A stretch of 63,999 bases of DNA, filler included, from Stramenopiles sp. TOSAG23-6 (Eukaryota), in the NCBI GenBank assembly GCA_900128565.1. It is 14 parts of 14 records of this genome, joined end to end, with 100 filler letters (N's around TTAATTAATTAA, not from the genome) between each part and the next. Parts side by side here need not be neighbours in the genome. Positions count along the whole stretch, not along the records: positions 59,583 to 63,999 come from LT637176.1; 13 more parts are not named here. One strand, 5' to 3'. The translations under genes and the position numbers were made by a program. The notes under the pieces were generated by a model, which was not told the DNA's origin, ran no database searches, and was given only the letters and a program-made list of their open reading frames with translations. The first letter of the stretch is position 1. Each line of letters opens with the position of its first letter. Shown in pieces: positions 59,873 through 63,999 of this stretch.

Positions 59873-60520
59873 TTACGCAACATCCAATGTGTCTTCTACA
59901 AGCATACGCTTCACTGCTTGACCTTTCTCCTTCATTATTGTTTCTATATTTATTTTATCATCATCAAAAAAACCTTTATTATCTGCAATTAAATGCAAAT
60001 TGTCACATTTATCACACCTCACCAAAACTACTCCAGTCTCGTACGATTTTTTACTAATAACTTTTGTACTTACATGACCACAACCATTCTCTGAATTACC
60101 TTTGGGACCATGATAATCACACGTAAACTTAAGTACCATTTTTGGACCAGGCATTTTTACACCTTTAAGGCCAGCAAGGTCTATTCCCATTTTCTGTAGT
60201 TCCATGACCCGTTTTTTGACATCTTTCAAGACGGCTGCAAGTGTCTCATCTGTTTCATCTATATTTGTTTTTGATTTTTTTTCTACGTCTGCAGATTTTG
60301 TTTTGGATGGAGATCCACCAGTAGTTGACGAAGTTGTACAGTGACGTGTAGAGAATAATCGAATTGAGTCGTTATCATGAAAAACGGTAGACGTACACTG
60401 ATAACCTTGGAATCTATAATCTGTTCTACGTCCTAACAAACAAGGTGATCTATTGGTTCCACGAGATAGAGAGCGTATCATAGATGAACCATATCGAGAA
60501 TATCTGCTTAGTAGTGACAT
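59873..60520 (-). CDS. DNLZ: DNL zinc-finger protein (Zim17/Hep1), mitochondrial
   Basis: FTC...SYETGVVLVRCDKCDNLHLIADNKG; presequence. Confidence 0.9.
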   Translation of the reverse strand: MSLLSRYSRYGSSMIRSLSRGTNRSPCLLGRRTDYRFQGYQCTSTVFHDNDSIRLFSTRHCTTSSTTGGSPSKTKSADVEKKSKTNIDETDETLAAVLKDVKKRVMELQKMGIDLAGLKGVKMPGPKMVLKFTCDYHGPKGNSENGCGHVSTKVISKKSYETGVVLVRCDKCDNLHLIADNKGFFDDDKINIETIMKEKGQAVKRMLVEDTLDVA

Positions 60521-60732
60521 TCTTCAAAGCGTATTTCCTCTATATATATCGTTACTTTTGCGAATATTTAATGACTGCTAAGCTAGTACTACACCTGCTG
60601 TATACTGTATATACACTGACTGATACTCTTGTTTTCTGTCTACACAGACACGAGTGCACGAAATCTAAACAAAATCTCAAATCCCGAAAAGAATAATTTT
60701 TGAGTTAACTCAACTTTATCGAAAAAATTCAT

Positions 60733-62343
60733 TTATTTGTACATGTTTCTTATAACTCTAGTAATATCTTCAAATGGTATATTTTCTTGTTCACGACTTT
60801 TTAAGTTACGCAATGTCACTGATTTGTTTCTAACTTCATCTGAGCCAATTATTACCATTACATCTGCATTAACTCGCATCGCAGTTTTTAAATGTGTAGT
60901 AAATCGTTTGGATTCAAAACAATTCCACACAGAAAAATCATTAGGGTTAGGGTTAGAATGTATCACATTCTTTTCATGATTGGAGTTAGGGATTAATATA
61001 TTTCGAATATGCTGAGCTATTTGTAAGCTATATCTCTCAATTTTTTTTTTCTCTGTTGAATCATCATTCTTAGTACATATTGGAGCAATTGCGATTTGCA
61101 ATGGATCTTTTGGCAAACATTTTTTATCTAACATTAACTCAAGTCGTTCAATTCCAGCAGCCCAGCCAATTGATGGTAGTGGGATTGAAGATCCCATTTG
61201 TGAAGCCAAGGTATCATAGCGACCACCAGCAGCAACGGCAACAATGGAAGTATGTTTTGTTTCTTTCGAATTTTTCGTTTCTTTCGACGTTTTCAAATTT
61301 TTTGTTTCTTTTGAAATTCCATCAGTTGAATAATAATTAAGATCTGCCACAAACTCAAACGCAGTATGTCCATAGTAATCAAGGCCACGAACTAATGAAG
61401 GGTTTACACAAAATGAAACGTTCAAAGAATTCAATCCATTTTGGACTTCTTGAAAGCGACATTGAGCATCATCACTTAAATAGGAAGCCATTTGAGGAGC
61501 TTTCGATAGTACAGATTGATCACTAGGTATTTTTGAGTCTAAAATACGTAACACCTGGCCTGGTTTTGATTCTGATTGTTGTAATCGATTTTGACTCGTC
61601 GTTGAAAGCATGGAGAAATTCTCTGGAATTTCCAGGAATGAACGAAGAGCGTCTTCATATGCAACGCGACTTTCGATATCACCAAGAGAATTAATTTCTA
61701 AGCGAATGCCTCCATTTTCTATACCTTTACAAAGTTGAAATCCAAGGGAAGAAAGAAAATTGGCAGCCATTGTGATTACTTCCACATCAGCGAGAGCATG
61801 TGACTCTCCACAAAGTTCCACTCCAAATTGTCTAAATTGTCGATACCTTCCCTTCTGCGGTCTTTCCCTCCGAAACATTGGTCCACAATAATAGTATTTT
61901 TGAGGTAAGTCATGTGGTTGAATATGCTTAGAAGACAGTAATGCACGCATCACTCCTGCTGTATTTTCTGGTCGAAGTGTTAAACTCCTTTGGCGATGCG
62001 TGGGTCCATCAACAAAAGTGTACATCTCTTTGCTTACTATATCAGAATCATTACCGAGAGTACGATTGAATACATCTGTAAATTCAACTATAGGGGTTGA
62101 TATCTCTCGAAATCCATATGATGATGCAACCGCCTTTGCAGAATCCTCGATAAAACTTCGCTTCTGCATGTCAGACGGAAATACGTCGTGCATGCCACGT
62201 GGAGTTGAAAGTTTACCCTTTTTTTTATTGCTCAATGAGCAGAAGTATGCACAAGGTATTTTGGAATCGACAAAACAATACTTTTGTCGACAAATACGTG
62301 GAAGGAACGACCATACTGTGCGAATGGGTTGAAGGATATTCAT
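60733..62343 (-). CDS. hisS: Histidyl-tRNA synthetase, bacterial/mitochondrial type
   Basis: PRGMHD, LRPENTA, FRRERPQKGRYRQF, LVRGLDYY, GGRYD. Confidence 0.95.
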   Translation of the reverse strand: MNILQPIRTVWSFLPRICRQKYCFVDSKIPCAYFCSLSNKKKGKLSTPRGMHDVFPSDMQKRSFIEDSAKAVASSYGFREISTPIVEFTDVFNRTLGNDSDIVSKEMYTFVDGPTHRQRSLTLRPENTAGVMRALLSSKHIQPHDLPQKYYYCGPMFRRERPQKGRYRQFRQFGVELCGESHALADVEVITMAANFLSSLGFQLCKGIENGGIRLEINSLGDIESRVAYEDALRSFLEIPENFSMLSTTSQNRLQQSESKPGQVLRILDSKIPSDQSVLSKAPQMASYLSDDAQCRFQEVQNGLNSLNVSFCVNPSLVRGLDYYGHTAFEFVADLNYYSTDGISKETKNLKTSKETKNSKETKHTSIVAVAAGGRYDTLASQMGSSIPLPSIGWAAGIERLELMLDKKCLPKDPLQIAIAPICTKNDDSTEKKKIERYSLQIAQHIRNILIPNSNHEKNVIHSNPNPNDFSVWNCFESKRFTTHLKTAMRVNADVMVIIGSDEVRNKSVTLRNLKSREQENIPFEDITRVIRNMYK

Positions 62344-62850
62344 CCCTTTACTCTTTGATTATAATGAAACTTTAGTAACCATGGCCAATTGAATTTGACA
62401 TGCTTTTTTGAGAGCCTTTGACCCGTGGACATATGCTGAATTTCAAAACACGAAATGTTCCCAAATCGGGACCAAATCGGGCGTGTTACTTTGAATATAG
62501 AGTTAATAATTATAATGTAAAACATTGACAGTTTCAAGTGGAATATAATTTAGTTCTACAATCACTGGAATAATGACTTTATCAAAAAGACCACGACGAC
62601 GAGATATATTGATTTGAGTAAAAAATCGCTAAACAATCATCCGAAAATTATCGAAATATTCAACAAAAAACAAGTGTTTATTATTTTAAATGTCTCGAAT
62701 GAACAGCAAATTTCTCAATATATTAAGCATTTTCTTTGCCTTATTGTCATTGACCAAACACAAATGTTCCAAGTATGATTTTAATGTCTCTATAAGAATA
62801 GAAACCCAAGATGTTTTCATAATTATTGTGAAAAAGAGGTGTTTTCATAA

Positions 62851-63171
62851 TTATCGTGTAAAAGAAGCTCCAGGTTGAGGTGAATTAAATTCAACTGCGT
62901 CATTAGCAACACTTTCAGGTGATTTACAGCAACCAAGCATCATATTCATATTCTTACAAGCATCCAAACAACCCCAAGCACCTTTGCCATTCACATCAAC
63001 CCAAATACAGAAAGGTAGACCACATTTATGAGTAACCTCGGCATTTTCATCCTGACGTATTATTTCTGCTACTGTTTTTGTTCCTCTGCAGAAAACGTGC
63101 CCGGCAAGTGGTCAGGTTTTTACCACGTAAGTGTTTGTTTTGGTATTATCATTTGCGACAACATCAGCCAT
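62851..63171 (-). CDS. Small Cys-rich protein with in-frame TGA at codon 20 (selenoprotein candidate)
   Basis: MADVVANDNTKTNTYVVKT*PLAGHVFCRGTKTVAEIIRQDENAEVTHKCGLPFCIWVDVNGKGAWGCLDAC...FTR-TAA; absent from the ORF track. Confidence 0.5.
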
Positions 63172-63449
63172 AGTTTTTGAAATGTATTACGAAGATGTAT
63201 AGATGTATTCGATAAACTATCAAGTGCGAAACTAAAAATAGTATCCTAGCTAGTACTATCTATATGAATATATTTTGAAATTTGGATTTGGCGGCAAAAG
63301 CGGCAAACCCGACAAACAACGACAAGACAACATTTTTGAGCGTTTCATTTTTTATGATTCATTTTTGACCGTCACCCGAACTAGCAAAGGAGGATACTTT
63401 GCTATATATATAAATAGCTAAAAAGTGAAGTTTCAATAGAATAAATCTA

Positions 63450-63989
63450 ATGCATTCCGACACACACTCAAAGGTACAACATTCAAAAACACCAGTGAGG
63501 GTAGAAAACTATCCTTTAGGTCAATGTTCAATAGATCCCATCCCTCAGTATTTGAACCCTACTCCAAAAAGAATAACCAACGAGTTACACCGACGAGAAA
63601 AAATCAAGTATAGTCCAACTCGTACTTTGACCTCTTCAGTTGTTTCATCAACACCTTCAAATGACACAGATTGGCAAATAGAAGCTGATAAAAGAGCATG
63701 GGTATCCAAAATGCGCATGCAACGTCCTTTATATACGACAGACCGTTTTCCTTCCGAAAACGATAAGTGGCTCAAAACTATTGGAGGCTGGGGAGATGGA
63801 AGTGATACCATGTACAACCCTAAAAATGATACAGTTTCTGAGAAAAGTACACGAATGGGTGGTAATCCAGCTGCATCTCTCCGATCTAATTACAAACGAT
63901 TTCCTGATTTAATGCAAGATTTTCCAATGTCTGTTGGGCAAGGTTCATATTTTAAATCTGGACCAGGTACGTTTTATATGAATTTCTAA
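63450..63989 (+). CDS. Hypothetical protein
   Basis: 179-aa ATG-initiated ORF, divergent from the TGA-containing ORF. Confidence 0.55.
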   Translation: MHSDTHSKVQHSKTPVRVENYPLGQCSIDPIPQYLNPTPKRITNELHRREKIKYSPTRTLTSSVVSSTPSNDTDWQIEADKRAWVSKMRMQRPLYTTDRFPSENDKWLKTIGGWGDGSDTMYNPKNDTVSEKSTRMGGNPAASLRSNYKRFPDLMQDFPMSVGQGSYFKSGPGTFYMNF

Positions 63990-63999
63990 TTTTTTTTTT

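Noticed and set aside
63112-63114. Genome-wide TGA reassignment
   Set aside because: TGA ends MOGS, PRORP and mPGES-2 at expected positions, and Trp is encoded by TGG.

Overview
This is not one locus. It is 14 size-sorted ~4.5 kb contigs of an AT-rich, gene-dense, ciliated microbial eukaryote (stramenopile-like gene content, by inference), joined by artificial N-TTAATTAATTAA-N spacers. One contig is present three times (41288-45761, 45862-50335, 50436-54909) and another twice as near-identical variants (18382-22867, 55010-59482). Recognisable genes include mitochondrial EF-G2, a pentameric ligand-gated ion channel, a PUB protein, two RCC1-repeat proteins, CASP/Coy1, GTP cyclohydrolase I, CFAP65, UBE2J1, glucosidase I, a USP53/54-like DUB, an ABCC fragment, RPGRIP1L, an RNase III-domain protein, a Cdc15/MAP3K-epsilon-like kinase, a Myb factor, PRORP, mPGES-2, DNLZ and HisRS. 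The main signal is one family of ~90-180 nt introns that interrupts almost all split genes, always in sense orientation. Consensus: GTAYGT...GTACGAAATTTYGTAC-CTAAC...AAATATTTT(Y)CAMAATAC-NN. Restoring reading frames and conserved protein motifs by hand places the 3' ends at AT (25 of 34 non-redundant complete copies), TT (5) or AG (only 4). The ends are short inverted repeats (GTA...TAC), often with a 2-bp AT/TT duplication. This suggests a transposon-derived introner family and a spliceosome that does not need the 3' AG; no RNA evidence is available here. Secondary signals: frequent interstitial (TTAGGG)2-3 inserts, a small unannotated ORF with an in-frame TGA (selenoprotein candidate), and an out-of-phase ABCC/RPGRIP1L junction through an intron copy.
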